This document shows positions 17,435-33,791 of a stretch of 64,000 nt of DNA, piece by piece. The stretch's first letter is position 1. Every line of letters starts with the position of its first letter. The stretch is from the human T2T-CHM13v2.0 reference genome, Homo sapiens. The stretch is taken from assembly GCF_009914755.1 (NCBI RefSeq), contig NC_060925.1; one strand, given 5' to 3'. The position numbers and the translations under genes were made by a program. The notes beneath the pieces were generated by a model, which worked only from the letters and a program-made list of their open reading frames with translations, was not told where the DNA came from and searched no databases.

Positions 17435-18011
17435 TAAAAACTTTACAAAGAGCTTTATGTTGGTTACAGTTTGGGGTTTGTATATTTTAAATATATGTAA
17501 TCAATATAAAAGTGATTGTTTTATGATAGCATTTGCAGTACAAAATATGGGCTAGAGCCGTGTTTTCTAATTCTGTATATGAACAGACGTCTCTGAAGTG
17601 TTTCTCAGTTATTAGATGAGCTTCATTTCTGTTTTATCTGCAGAATTGTATTGGCTTCATAGTCACATATACTGATTCTCCCCCTGCTTTTTTCTGACTC
17701 CAAGACATTTAACTAAACAAAATCTCATTTGTTCACATGCATTAATACCTCTAAAACTGAACTGGCATAGAGCTTAATGAGTATGTTGGATTATCATAAT
17801 TAAATGACTGCACCTAGTTCATAATTTCAGGTTTGCTGTTTAATCAGTTTAAACATGCAAGCTTCCATGGTGTAGTTGATATGCTATTAAACTGTAATTT
17901 CCTGGAGTAATTATACTTTAAAATAAAATTCTTTTTCTAGATCTAATCAACTTTTTTGTTCTTCTCCGAGTTGGCTTGTAGACTGATTAATGGCATTCAA
18001 ATATAGTATAA

Positions 18012-18369
<358 letters not shown>

Positions 18370-19057
18370 AAAGTTTAGTTTTAATGAACGACTTGAATTA
18401 AAATAGAAATGCAGTTTTATTTCAGTGTATTTTCTGATGTGGAAATATTGTAAGTTTTCTAACCTGACGTCTCATGCTCTTTTCTACAAGGCACTGCTGC
18501 TTAAAATAATAAGAATGTGTTTTTAAAAATAAAGTTTTTATTTATATGCAGGGTTACCTTCAAACTTGGCTCTTAATTTAACTATAAAGGAGTATGAGTA
18601 TTTTATCTTTAATTTTTTTAATGAAATAAGGCCTGTATGGACCATTTGTTAAGACTCTAAGATTTCAGATTTTTTTCATATTAATCAATCTAGAGAGACT
18701 TTGCTATTGAATAGTGGGCTTATATTACATAAGTACTTATGAAGATTGCTCATAACACCAAAATAGTGAAATAAAGTGTTCACAAGAGAAAGGAAAACAT
18801 TATCATAGTTTAATAAGTTTTATTTGTGCTTTTATTTTCATTCACATTTTATATATTCTCTCTCATGGCAATTTAATTTTAGCTTGTTTATCAGTGAGAT
18901 GTACCCATGTGATTTTTTTTTCCCCCCTCAATTCTGATACTAGACACATACAATTTTTTTGTTTGTTTTAATGCTCTCTGAGATGTTCTCAAGACACACG
19001 TGATTTTAAAGTCAGTGCCTATGTGGCTCTTTTTCCTCCAGTATATTATTTTCCATT

Positions 19058-19172
19058 CTTTTTTTTTTGGCTGTGTTGCCCAGGCTGGTCTCAAACTCCC
19101 AGGCTAAAGTGATCCTCTCACCTCAGCCTCCTGAGTTACTGTTATTACAGTCATGCACCACCATGACCTGCT
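19058..19172 (-). mobile_element. Alu monomer (FLAM/FAM-like)
   Basis: Single-arm Alu similarity. Confidence 0.75.
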
Positions 19173-19874
19173 CACTCTTTTACAACATTCTTAATATTGA
19201 ATGTAATCCAAGCAATAAAAATGTTATTTGTGATTCTTAACAGCATGCTTTTACATTGGGAGATAAACTTCCATTTTAAATTCATTACTAGTCATTTGAG
19301 AAAAGAATTTGTAACAAGCGTGGATTTGTAATTGTGACAAATGACATTCTAGAATGAATTATGTTTGAAGATAACTAGTGATCACTCTGTTGTCTTCAGA
19401 CTTAAACTCATTAGTTTTCCTTACAGATAATAGTCCCTTTACCCAATAAATAACTAAATAAACCAACATGCTCTCTTTTTAAGTATTTATAGGCCATTTG
19501 TGTTTTCATGTAGATTTTAATGAACTACCAGTAAATACTGACAATTACATTGATGTTTATTGAAACAAATAAAAAATATGTGGAGTTGGAAATGTTTCAT
19601 TATTTAAAAAAAAAAAACATAGATTTTATATGATGAAGCATTTGGATCTCTGCTCTCCATCTCTAAGAATGCAGCTTTTAGGAAATCTAAGGTTTTGATA
19701 ATCTAATGTTACCTCATTGATAACTACCAATGTTAAAGTAGAAAATAATGTTTTAGAGTGTCGAGGATATTTTCTTCCTCATTAACTTTTATTATACCTC
19801 AGTCTTTGTAAAAATCCTGTGTTTGATAAGTGTCATAGATGAATACTATTACCTTTCACCTTTTCTTTGAGCAG

Positions 19875-20044
19875 AGGAGGAACCCGTTTTCACTAGACAA
19901 GACAGCAATCGCAGTGAAAAGGAAGCCACACCAGTGGTGCATGAAACAGAACCAGAATCAGGGTCTCAACCTCGGCCGGCTGTATTATCTGGCTATTTCA
20001 AACAGTTTCAGAAGTCTTTACCTCCACGATTCCAGCGGCAGCAG
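19875..20044 (+). CDS. PRRC2C: PRRC2C coding exon (170 bp, ...FQKSLPPRFQRQQ)
   Basis: gagcag|AG, CAG|gtaatg, phase 1-0. Confidence 0.93.
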
Positions 20045-20475
20045 GTAATGATAAAAATATTTTATCATGTATGTGTGATTGAAGTGGTTTATTATGCAGT
20101 AGTCTGGGAAATTAGACATAAAACTGATAATACGTAAAGCACACAAAGTTCCCTTGAAATTATTTTTCCTTGTAAATAAAAGTTAACGTGGGTTTTACCT
20201 TGACCTTCTGTGTCATTCCTTTTGATCTTCTGCCTCATTTATAGACACCATCTTCCATTTCTAGGAGATAGATCATACAGTGCTTGAGTATAAGGTAAAA
20301 TGTTATAGTTCATCTTTCAGTTTTTTGTCTTGCCAACTCTTAACTGTTAAATACCTTTTGAACTCTTACTTTTCCTTCAAGGATTCAAAACAGGCCATTA
20401 TTTTGTGATATGATTGATTATGTTAATTTGTCATGTGGAACTAAACTCTCAAGATATGGGATCTTACTTTTTCAG

Positions 20476-20725
20476 GAACAGATGAAACAGCAGCAGTGGC
20501 AGCAGCAGCAACAGCAAGGTGTACTTCCACAGACTGTTCCTTCACAACCGTCCAGTAGTACTGTCCCTCCTCCACCACACAGACCTCTTTATCAGCCTAT
20601 GCAGCCTCATCCTCAGCATTTGGCTTCTATGGGTTTTGATCCAAGGTGGCTCATGATGCAGTCCTACATGGATCCTCGAATGATGTCAGGAAGACCTGCT
20701 ATGGATATTCCACCCATTCATCCTG
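20476..20725 (+). CDS. PRRC2C: PRRC2C coding exon (250 bp, Q-rich, MGFDPRWLMM)
   Basis: tttcag|GAA, G|gtcagt, phase 0-1. Confidence 0.94.
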
Positions 20726-21709
20726 GTCAGTTGAATTTGCATTTATAGTTTTACAGGATCAAAATTTTTTTTTCCCTGCTTTTAGTTTCAGTTCCTTTGA
20801 GAGTTGTAATCTAGGAAAAACTTAAACCTCCGATTTTTAATCAAAATGATGTAACTTTCAGCATCGAGTAATTAAATATCTGACACTCATATTACTTATG
20901 TGGCAAGAACAAAATACTAGTTCATTTCTGTTTTGTAAGTATTATTTAAAACTTCAGATGGAAATAATTATGTGTTATTAACAGTATTTGTTATTGGCTA
21001 CATTGTTGTTCTTCTTTAAAGTGTTTTCAGCGTTTGAATTTTGTCCATATGTTATATATATTCCTTTTCAAGTTCTTCTTCCATCATTTACCAACCTAAC
21101 ACTTGAATTTCCTTTTAGGTTAGGGGGAAAAAAAGTGAATTAGCAGTCTTTTATGGAATCCATCAGAATAAATCAAGATAATCTATTACCAAAATGTTAC
21201 AGAGGAAAATTTAGGGATGATAAGCTGATCACAAATCATGTTTTGATTTTTACATTTATACTGGTATTTGGAAATTTAAGTGGCATATTTTGTAGAATAT
21301 TGACCAACTAAGGTAGGTTAATGGAATTTAGGAAAGAATTTTCTCTGAAAGTTATCATAGTATAATTTTCATGATGTTTGTATTGACATCCAGAGTCACA
21401 GTACTTGGTGTCTGATTTTTATATGCATAATATTTTCTTTCTTTTGAAGTAAAACAGGCTGCTATTGTGATTTTGCTTATTTTGCTTCCTCAGTTCTTAA
21501 ATGCAATTTTTATTTAACAGCAGTAATAAAATTCCATTCACAGAACAACCCTTACATAATTTCCACCAATCTTTTACTCAGGAAAAAAATGCTTTTAATA
21601 TGGAGAATTCCACCTAACAATTAATAACCTGTATTCTATGTCTATCATGGTTTTGTTTCGTTCATTTTTCAAAATCCTCATTTCACCTTTTTCTGAACTT
21701 TTGTTACAG

Positions 21710-21920
21710 GAATGATTCCTCCTAAACCATTAATGAGAAGAGACCAGATGGAAGGGTCACCGAACAGTTCTGAGTCATTTGAGCATATAGCTCGATCTGC
21801 AAGAGATCACGCAATTTCCCTTTCTGAGCCTCGTATGCTGTGGGGGTCAGATCCCTATCCTCATGCTGAGCCTCAACAAGCAACTACTCCCAAAGCAACA
21901 GAAGAGCCTGAGGATGTAAG
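21710..21920 (+). CDS. PRRC2C: PRRC2C coding exon (211 bp, MIPPKPLM...PEDV)
   Basis: ttacag|GA, AG|gtaata, phase 1-2. Confidence 0.93.
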
Positions 21921-22163
21921 GTAATAAATTATTTCAATTTAATAGATGATACAGAATATTTTGGTAAAAGGAAAACTGTGTAGTGTTTCTGAAGATCATT
22001 CCAATTTAGGACTGAAGCATAAATCTGGTTTCCTTCTATTTAATTTAGCATGCTACGCTTACTCTTTGGACATATTCTCTGTATTCATTAGGGCATTTTG
22101 TAACCTGGTTCTGTACTCAATTGTATGCTGTAATTTAGTATTAGATGTTGAAATTGGTAGGTT

Positions 22164-22721
<558 letters not shown>

Positions 22722-23144
22722 ACTTGGGATGTCTTTATTGTAGAGTAGGTGTGAAGAAATTTAGGTGTATCTACAATGCTTATATAATATAGCTAGATGT
22801 AATTTTTCCATTAGTGAGATGTTTCTTTTTAACAGTATTTTAGGGAACATTTTTAAGGCCAAGATAAGGAGAAATACAATAATACAAAGTTAACTTTGAA
22901 ATGGCGCACAATTGGTGATGACTGTAATAATTTATAGCCATACAGTTGGAACTTCCTGCCCTTTTATGGGCTATATTTTTTTGGTAATGTTTTATAATGT
23001 TTTATAATTATTTGTAATTAACTGGGACAGATAAGCTTACTCAAGTGTACTCTTTCATTCTAGGTGGAAATTACTGGTCTTGATGGATTAGAAATTCACA
23101 TCAGCATGGTCTTAACTTTGTTTTTCCTTAAGGAATAAACTTCA

Positions 23145-24268
<1,124 letters not shown>

Positions 24269-24417
24269 TCTCCTCTAAACTTTTTATATAGCGAGAGAAA
24301 GATTCTCATTATGGTTAAGAGTCATTGCTTTCTGTTTTAGAGGGATTATTTTGCTATATACTTACGCATGGGAAAGATTGCTTTGTTGATTATACCTTTG
24401 AATTCTTATCATCATAG

Positions 24418-26676
24418 GTCTGAAGCTGCGTTGGACCAGGAACAGATTACTGCTGCTTATTCTGTAGAACATAATCAATTAGAGGCTCACCCAAAGGCAG
24501 ACTTTATCAGAGAATCAAGTGAGGCACAAGTACAAAAGTTTTTAAGCAGATCTGTGGAAGATGTTAGACCTCACCATACTGATGCAAATAATCAGTCTGC
24601 TTGTTTTGAAGCACCTGATCAAAAGACCTTATCCGCTCCTCAAGAGGAGCGGATTTCAGCTGTAGAAAGTCAGCCTTCCCGGAAAAGAAGTGTTTCCCAT
24701 GGATCTAACCATACGCAAAAACCAGACGAGCAGAGAAGTGAACCATCTGCAGGCATTCCTAAAGTAACCAGCAGATGCATTGATTCAAAAGAACCAATAG
24801 AAAGGCCAGAGGAGAAACCAAAAAAGGAAGGCTTTATACGATCTTCTGAAGGACCAAAACCTGAAAAAGTATATAAATCTAAATCAGAAACTCGTTGGGG
24901 CCCACGACCAAGCTCTAACAGAAGGGAAGAAGTTAATGATAGACCTGTGAGAAGATCAGGTCCCATTAAAAAACCTGTACTTAGAGATATGAAAGAGGAA
25001 CGGGAACAGAGGAAGGAGAAAGAAGGAGAAAAGGCCGAAAAGGTCACTGAAAAAGTAGTTGTAAAGCCTGAAAAGACGGAAAAGAAGGATCTTCCTCCTC
25101 CCCCACCACCACCTCAGCCACCAGCACCAATTCAGCCACAGTCAGTTCCACCACCAATTCAACCAGAAGCAGAGAAATTTCCTTCAACAGAAACTGCAAC
25201 TTTGGCTCAAAAACCATCTCAGGATACTGAGAAGCCTCTGGAACCTGTGAGTACTGTTCAGGTAGAGCCTGCAGTTAAGACTGTAAACCAACAGACTATG
25301 GCAGCACCAGTAGTCAAAGAAGAAAAACAACCTGAGAAAGTCATCAGCAAAGACCTTGTTATAGAGAGGCCTCGACCAGATTCAAGACCAGCAGTTAAAA
25401 AAGAATCAACTTTGCCTCCCAGGACCTATTGGAAAGAAGCTAGAGAGAGAGATTGGTTTCCAGATCAAGGATACAGAGGTCGAGGCCGAGGTGAATATTA
25501 CTCCAGAGGTCGAAGCTATAGAGGTTCTTATGGAGGGCGTGGCAGGGGTGGTAGGGGACACACTCGAGATTATCCTCAGTATAGAGACAATAAGCCAAGA
25601 GCAGAGCATATACCCTCAGGGCCTCTCAGACAGCGAGAAGAAAGTGAAACACGGAGTGAGAGCTCTGATTTTGAAGTTGTCCCCAAAAGAAGACGACAGC
25701 GGGGTTCAGAGACTGACACAGACAGTGAAATTCATGAAAGTGCAAGTGACAAGGACAGTTTAAGTAAAGGCAAACTTCCCAAAAGAGAGGAACGGCCTGA
25801 AAACAAAAAACCTGTAAAGCCTCATTCTTCTTTCAAGCCTGATAATCATGTTCGAATAGATAATAGACTGCTAGAAAAGCCTTATGTAAGGGATGACGAT
25901 AAAGCTAAACCAGGCTTTCTTCCTAAAGGAGAGCCTACAAGGAGAGGCAGAGGGGGAACATTCAGGCGTGGTGGAAGGGATCCTGGAGGCCGTCCATCAC
26001 GCCCTTCCACTTTACGAAGACCAGCTTATCGGGACAATCAGTGGAACCCAAGGCAGTCAGAAGTTCCTAAACCAGAAGATGGAGAGCCGCCAAGAAGACA
26101 TGAGCAGTTTATTCCTATAGCAGCAGATAAACGACCTCCAAAATTTGAGCGAAAATTTGACCCAGCTAGAGAAAGGCCTCGAAGGCAGCGTCCTACTCGA
26201 CCACCAAGGCAAGACAAGCCACCTCGATTTAGACGGCTAAGAGAGAGGGAGGCTGCTTCAAAATCAAATGAGGTGGTAGCAGTGCCCACAAATGGCACAG
26301 TTAATAATGTGGCTCAAGAACCAGTTAATACTCTTGGGGATATTTCCGGGAATAAGACACCAGATTTATCTAATCAGAACTCTTCAGATCAGGCAAATGA
26401 AGAATGGGAAACAGCTTCTGAAAGCAGTGATTTCAATGAGAGGCGAGAGAGGGATGAAAAAAAAAATGCTGACTTGAATGCACAAACAGTTGTAAAGGTT
26501 GGAGAGAATGTTCTACCTCCAAAGAGGGAAATTGCAAAGAGAAGTTTTTCTAGTCAGAGACCAGTAGATCGTCAGAATCGACGTGGCAACAATGGTCCAC
26601 CCAAATCAGGAAGGAATTTCTCAGGTCCTAGAAATGAAAGGAGAAGTGGCCCACCATCAAAAAGTGGGAAGAGAGG
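24418..26676 (+). CDS. PRRC2C: PRRC2C large coding exon (2259 bp; poly-Pro, RGG boxes, EEWETASESSDF)
   Basis: catag|G, GG|gtgagt, phase 2-2; inside the 770-aa ORF 24368..26680. Confidence 0.96.
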
Positions 26677-27145
26677 GTGAGTACTTTGTTTTAAATATAG
26701 TTGCTTTTGCACCTTTAAAGAAGCTAAAAGTAGAGTTCTTGGTTGAATTATGCAAAGAGCCAGTCTAGATAAAGGACCAAAAAACATTGTTCTTCCCAAA
26801 TGCTTTATTCTCTGTTCTCAAAGTGTAAGGGTGCTTAAGGAAGAGAGGTTAAGGTGTCTTAGGAGTCTTTGCCTGCTACGTTACATTTTCCAGAAGAGTT
26901 CTCTTGGAAACTTGTAGCTTTGGGAAAATGTTCACATCTAAGGAGGGACATGTACTGTGTCCTTATTTGGTAAGTTATCTGATGAGTAGCCCTCCCTTCT
27001 TTCTCAGTTTCTCCTAATAAACCTCTAATGCTACACAGGTGTCCTCTGAGATTTAAATTAATGTTATAACCATATACTTTGTCACTCTAGAGAGAGGCCC
27101 AGAAAACAAATCCCTGTTCTACTACCAAGGACACCAATAACATAA

Positions 27146-27503
<358 letters not shown>

Positions 27504-27538
27504 TTGCTTGGCCTGTTTTTTTAACTATTCAGATGTTG

Positions 27539-27787
27539 GGCCTGGTGCGGTGGCTCCTGTAATCCCAGCACTTTGGGAGGCCAAGTTGGGCGGGTCACAA
27601 GGTCAGGATATCGAGACCATCCTGGCTAACACAGTGAAACCCCGTCCTCTACTAAAAATACAAAAAATTAGCCAGGTGTGGTGGCAGGCGCCACTGGGAG
27701 TGGAGCTTGCAATGAGCCGAGATTGTGCCACTGCATTCCAGCCTGGGCCACAGAGCGAGACTCCGTCTCAAAAAAAAAAAAAAAAAA
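27539..27787 (+). mobile_element. AluY with internal deletions
   Basis: catcctggctaac, ggagcttgc; ~50 nt missing near 27692. Confidence 0.9.
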
Positions 27788-27834
27788 GTTGGTTATAGTA
27801 AGCTAGTATTGATTTATTTATTTAGTGTTAGCAT

Positions 27835-28020
27835 TATAACGTAGCAGTTAAGATTCAGAATGCCTAGGTTCAAATCTCGGCTCTAGTACTTTCTAGTTGC
27901 TTCCCCTTTGCTTCCTCACCGCTAAAATGGGGAGAAAATAATAGCACTTAATGTGTGAAGATACTAAGATGATACTTGTGATGCACTTAATACCTGGTAT
28001 ATAGTAAGTAATCATTATTA
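27835..28020 (+). mobile_element. MIR fragment
   Basis: cctaggttcaaatctcggctct...cctcaccgctaaaatgggga core. Confidence 0.65.
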
Positions 28021-28158
28021 TGTGTGCCCTGCTTTTAGAGCAATTGCCAGGTTTGCAGCCTGAGCTGATAAGAATTTAAGAATTTATTTGGACTGTATGG
28101 TATTAATCTGAGTTCCTTAGTTTTACATACTTAGCACTTCAGATTACTATACCCATAA

Positions 28159-28910
28159 GGTATATTTGTCTATTTTCTGTTGATATAACTAAATACCTGA
28201 GATCTGGTAATTTATAAAGAAAAGAAATGTATTTCTTGCAAATCTGTTGGCTGCAAAGTCGAAGGTTGAGGGGGCGACATCTCATGAGGGCCTTCTTGTT
28301 GGTAGAGACTCTGCAGAGTCCCAAGGCAGCATGCTTATCACATGGTGAGGGGGCTCACAAGAGATGGCACAACTGGCTTTTATAACAGACCCGTTCATGG
28401 TAACTAACCAACTCCCTTGATAACCCATTCATTAACCTGTTAAGGATCAATCAATCCATTCAGAAGGGCAGAGCCCTCATGACATAATCACCTTCCAAAG
28501 TTCTCACCTCTCACCACTGCTGCATTGCCATTAGGGACCAAGTTTCCAACACATGAACTTTTTTTTTTTTATTGAGGGCGTGGGTGAGGGACGGAGTCTC
28601 ACTCTGTCACCCAGGCTGGAGTGCAGTGGCGCAATCTCTGCTCACTGCAACCTCCACCCCGCTGGGTTCAAGCATTTCTCCTGGCTCAGCCTCTCTAGTA
28701 GCTGGGATTACAGGCGTACACTACCATGCCCGGCTAATTTTTGTATTTTTAGAAGAGACAGGGATTCGCCATGTTTGCCAGGCTGGTCTCGAACTCCTGA
28801 CCTCAGGTGATCTGCCCACCTCGGCCTCCCAAAGTGCTGGGATTACAGGTGTGAGCCACTGCACGTGGCCCAACACATGAACTTTTGAGGGATATGTTCA
28901 AATCACAGCA
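28159..28910 (-). mobile_element. MaLR solo LTR, MST-like, split by an Alu
   Basis: aaatacctgagatctggtaatttataaagaaaag ... ttcaaatcacagca. Confidence 0.75.
28557..28871 (-). mobile_element. AluSx inside the MST LTR
   Basis: TSD caacacatgaacttt. Confidence 0.93.
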
Positions 28911-29925
28911 TTAGTTTGCTGTTCCAGATAATTTAGAAAAAGGAAATTTTTACTTGGAATTTGAACATTCCCTTAAAATTCCAAGAGAATCAGGATAACC
29001 AAAATAAACAGAATAGTTTATTTCCCGTAACCAAACTATTAGAATTTTAAGTAACAATACTCAGGGAAAATTTTGATAAGATTTTTGTGCCATGTAAATC
29101 TCAACTATGTAGCAAGATTTTTGTGCCACATAGATAGATAACAACAACTTTGAACCTGTAGAAATGGCAGTGACGATTATAATTAAATGTTTTTTATAAG
29201 AGCACCATATAGAAGAAATGAACTCATTCTTAAAATGTTTCAGGTTATGACCAGGGACCTGGTAAGCTTTTATCTTGAGTAATACTATAGGCTAAGATGC
29301 AAATGAATTAGTAAACCCATTTCCCATGATCATTTTCACTTGGAAATTTAAAAAAACAACCTGAAATTATTCTTTTAGGAAATAAGAACTATTAAGAACT
29401 GTAGGGGATACATTTGGTTTGTGAAGTGAATTATTTCCATATTAAAGTTTTTTAAATAATTATATCAATGTGTAAATCTGATTACATTTTTTTAAATGTA
29501 CATAGTTGTAAATATAGAATGCTTTTTAAAAATTTTTGTTTTCATATGCTGCCCACTTTTGGAGAGCATCCATTTGTGAATACTTTGAACTTGCTTGGAT
29601 CACAGAAATTTTCTGCTATAAACAGTGTTAATTAGCTCATTTATAATATGATAGACAAATAGACTCTAAGAACTTCTGGTATAACTAGAATTCTAGAATT
29701 TAATTGCTGGAAAGAACTCTAGGGAGCTAGTCTACTTTCTTGGGAAACCCGGTTTTAGTAAGGTTGTGCTGAACAAAAGTTACTAATGCTTGTTTGGTTA
29801 CAGTTAAGAGTTTTCTATCCCAACAGTGTTTCATCTTAGAATGAACTTTAGAAACTGCCAATAAGAGCATTTTTCTTTTGTTTGGGTAGGTGGAAATAGT
29901 AATATCTCAAGTTATTTTTTTGTAG

Positions 29926-30134
29926 GCCATTTGATGACCAGCCTGCAGGCACAACTGGGGTTGACCTCATCAATGGCAGCTCTGCACACCATCAGGAAGG
30001 AGTACCTAATGGTACAGGACAAAAGAACTCCAAAGATTCTACTGGGAAAAAAAGAGAAGACCCCAAACCAGGCCCTAAAAAACCAAAAGAGAAAGTGGAT
30101 GCTCTATCACAGTTTGATCTCAACAATTATGCAA
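29926..30134 (+). CDS. PRRC2C: PRRC2C coding exon (209 bp, PFDDQPAG...QFDLNNYA)
   Basis: tgtag|G, A|gtatgt, phase 2-1. Confidence 0.94.
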
Positions 30135-30155
30135 GTATGTCTTAGGTTTCTTTCA

Positions 30156-30157
30156 TT

Positions 30158-30200
<43 letters not shown>

Positions 30201-30202
30201 TT
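30156..30202. repeat. (TTTA)n microsatellite
   Basis: About 11 units, 20 bp downstream of a donor. Confidence 0.95.
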
Positions 30203-31046
30203 TGCTACATTTTAAAATGTAGATGCCACAATTAAAGAAGTTTTCCAAGAAGGAAAGATTTGGACATTCAAGGTATACATAGTGGCTGATTATGAAACAC
30301 TAACTGATTGAACTTAAACTAAAATAACTCCAGCTTTTAGCGTAGCCTTGAATGCTTAATAAAATTTTTGTTAAAAATAATCCAACAGCATTGCACTGTT
30401 CTTCCAAAAAAGAGGAAGAAAATTCAGTAACCACTCTACTTTGCCAGATTTGAGAAAGCACAGAAATTTGATTCTTAGTTATATTGGTATAGATGTATTA
30501 TTAAAAACAAAAGGAACTAAATGTTAAACTCAATAATTATGTCCTTGGTAAAATTGGTGTCTAAGATGTGGCAAATACAGAATAAATAATAGGACGAGAG
30601 GCAGTGTCACTGTGGATAAATAGGAAAGCCATGAAGTAATAGAGGATCAAATATGAAGGATAATACAAGCAACAAGAAAATATTGGATGAAGAAAAAACA
30701 GACAAGGAATATCTGTGTATAGACATTGTACATGTAAAATGTACTATTTGCCATTCATTTGGATGAAACTGGAAATACTGAATAAAATTGAGAGATTTAC
30801 TAAGTTAAGACCAGATAGCTCAATAGTGGTAATAATAGTAGTAATAGGAAAGTTGGGTTAGTTGCAGTTATTCTAGTATAAGAGATATAGATGAGGTTTT
30901 TCTTTCATCTGCCTAATTGTTATTTGTACATATTAAGCTCTGATTTGAGCACAGCTCATGGACATTATTTTTTGACCAGTGGTTCTCAAAGTGTGGTCCC
31001 CACATCATCAGCATTACCTGGAAATTTGTGAGCAATGCAAATTCTT

Positions 31047-31372
31047 CATTTGTTTGTTTGTTTGTTTGTTTTGAGACAGAGACTTACTCTGTTGCCCAGG
31101 CTGGTGTACAGTGATGCAATCTCGGCTCACTGCAACATCTGCATCCCAGACGTCAAGCGATTCCCCAGCCTCAGCTTCCCGAGTAGCTGGGAGTACAAGC
31201 ATGAGCCACCATGCCCAGCTAATTTATTATTATTATTATTATTATTTTTGTTTGTAGAAATGGGTTTTCGCCATGTTGTCCAGGTCGGTCCGGAACTCCT
31301 GAGCTTAAGCCATCCACCCACCTTGGCCTCCCAAAGTGCTGGGATTACGGGCATGAGCCACCACGCCCAGCC
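31047..31372 (-). mobile_element. AluJ
   Basis: Alu consensus with (TTTG)n tail and (TTA)n linker. Confidence 0.9.
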
Positions 31373-31399
31373 ATAATATTGCTATATTAAGACATAATA

Positions 31400-31578
31400 G
31401 GCCCAGGGCAGTGGCCCAGGCCTGTCATCCCAGCACTTTGGGAGGCTGAGGTGGGCGGATCACCTGAGGTTGGGAGTTTGAGACCAGCCTGACCAACATG
31501 GAGAAACCTTGTCTCTAAAAATACAAAATTAGCCAGGCATGGTGGTGCATGCCTGTAAAAACAAAACAAAACAAAAAA
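31400..31578 (+). mobile_element. AluSp-like, most of the right arm missing
   Basis: gaccaacatggagaaacc; jumps from gcctgtaa straight to an (AAAAC)n tail. Confidence 0.88.
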
Positions 31579-32087
31579 GACAGTAAAAACAGATAAAAAC
31601 TATATATATTTCTGAAGTGGTGATAGAAATTAAGCTATTCATTTCAACTCATTAAAGTTATCTTTAAGAGTTAGTCGTCTTTAGTTCTTTTTCCTGGTAA
31701 CACTGTTTTTAAGTAATATCTCTAACCTAAAATGTTAAAAAGAAGAGGACATTGGAAACTAAAAAGTAGTGTTCGAATTTTCCATAAATGCTACATGTAG
31801 TTGGGTGAACTAAGGAAGTTGAAATAATAAGATAGGCTTTACACACACACATTTTAGTGTAAGTGAAAAACTGAGATGAAATTAGAATTATGATGAGGTC
31901 TTTCCATCAGTCTGAAGTAATGTGTGCATGACATCCTTTGAAATGTTTGACTTAGACCTTTCATGGAAATGAGAATATGCTTCATTTTACAGAGTTAATG
32001 ATTTTTAAAAGGATTTTAAAAACAAGTAGAAGTGTTTTATAAATCAGAATAAACTGGGTTTTTTTCTTTTGAAATCAAGTTTCCCTT

Positions 32088-32407
32088 CTTTTTTTTTTTT
32101 GTTTTTTTTTTTTTTTGAGACACAGTCTTGCTCTGTCCCCCAGGCTGGAAGGCGGTGGTGTAATCTCAGCTCACTGCAGCCTCTACCTCCTCGGTTCAAG
32201 TGATTCTCCTGCCTCAGCCTCCTTAATAGTTAGGATTACAGGCACATGCCACCATGCCCAGCTAATTTTTTGTATTTTTAGTAGCGACTTTAGTAGAGGG
32301 TTTCGCCATGTTGGCCAGGCAGCTCTCAAACTCCTGACTTCAAGTGATCCGCCCACCTTGGCCTCCCAAAGTGCTGGGATTAAAGGCATGAGCCACCGTG
32401 CCTGGCT
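32088..32407 (-). mobile_element. AluS
   Basis: TSD gaaatcaagttt. Confidence 0.93.
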
Positions 32408-32445
32408 GAAATCAAGTTTCTATTAGAAAAATGGAATAATGGTAA

Positions 32446-32723
<278 letters not shown>

Positions 32724-33289
32724 AGTTTCTAAGGAGTGAAAGCCAGTATTCATTTTTCATTTCATCTCTCAGAGTATGTTAATGCTAAGTTTTAACTATT
32801 TTAGAAGAAATGTTTGTAGATAGTTTCTCTGTGACCACTTCCTTGATCATACCTATGTTGCCATAGCTAACAAGTATCACCTTCCCTTGTTGCTGTACCT
32901 AACAAGTTATCACCATCCTGAATTGTATACTTATCGTTTCCAAGAAAAATATTTTTATTGTATATGTAATTTCCAATTAAAACATGGTATATTGTTTGAA
33001 AATTAAATAATTTCTTTAAATTGCTTCACTCTTTCTTGATACTTATTATTCAGACATTATACCTATAATAAAAAATTACATCACCTGAGGTAATTTAATT
33101 TTTCTTGGAAATATTATTTGATGGATTTATATTTCACATACTGACTGGGATATAGGGTAATTTTAAGATAGCCAAAATAATTGGTTAGTTGGAAAATAAG
33201 TTAAAAAATGATCTTGAGTTGTTCATCACCTAGATGATTCTGGTATGTGTTCACCTATGCCATCTTACATTCACACACAGCTTACACAT

Positions 33290-33507
33290 TTATTTTAATT
33301 AATTAACTTATTCATTTCTTTATTTATTGAGACAGGGTCTTGCTCTCCCAGGCTGGAGTGCAGTGGCTTGATCTCAGCTCATTGCAGTCTCAACCTCCCC
33401 AACTGAAGTGATTCTCCTACCTCAGCCTGCCAAGTAGCTGGGACCACAGGCATGCGCCAGCTAATTTTTGCATTTTTTGTAGAGACAGGGTTTCACTGTG
33501 TTGCCCA
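33290..33507 (-). mobile_element. AluJ, partial
   Basis: Alu right arm and linker. Confidence 0.85.
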
Positions 33508-33644
33508 TAACATATATTTATTTTTAACAACTCCACACTGTAGACAAGGGTCTACATAAAACAGAGACATTAAGAGTCATAAGACCAGCTAGGCTGGTCA
33601 TCTTACCTTAAACAAATCAGTTTATTTCATTTTTTAAAACATTA

Positions 33645-33791
33645 TTTATTTATTTATGTGTTTGTTTTTAAAGTAGAGACAAGGTCTCCCCATGTTGCCC
33701 AGGCTGGTGTGAAACTGTTGGCCTGAAATGGTCCTCCCACTTTGGCCTCCCATTATGCTGATACTACAGGCATGTGCCACAGCACTAAGCC
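33645..33791 (-). mobile_element. FLAM-like Alu monomer
   Basis: Alu left-arm similarity. Confidence 0.8.
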
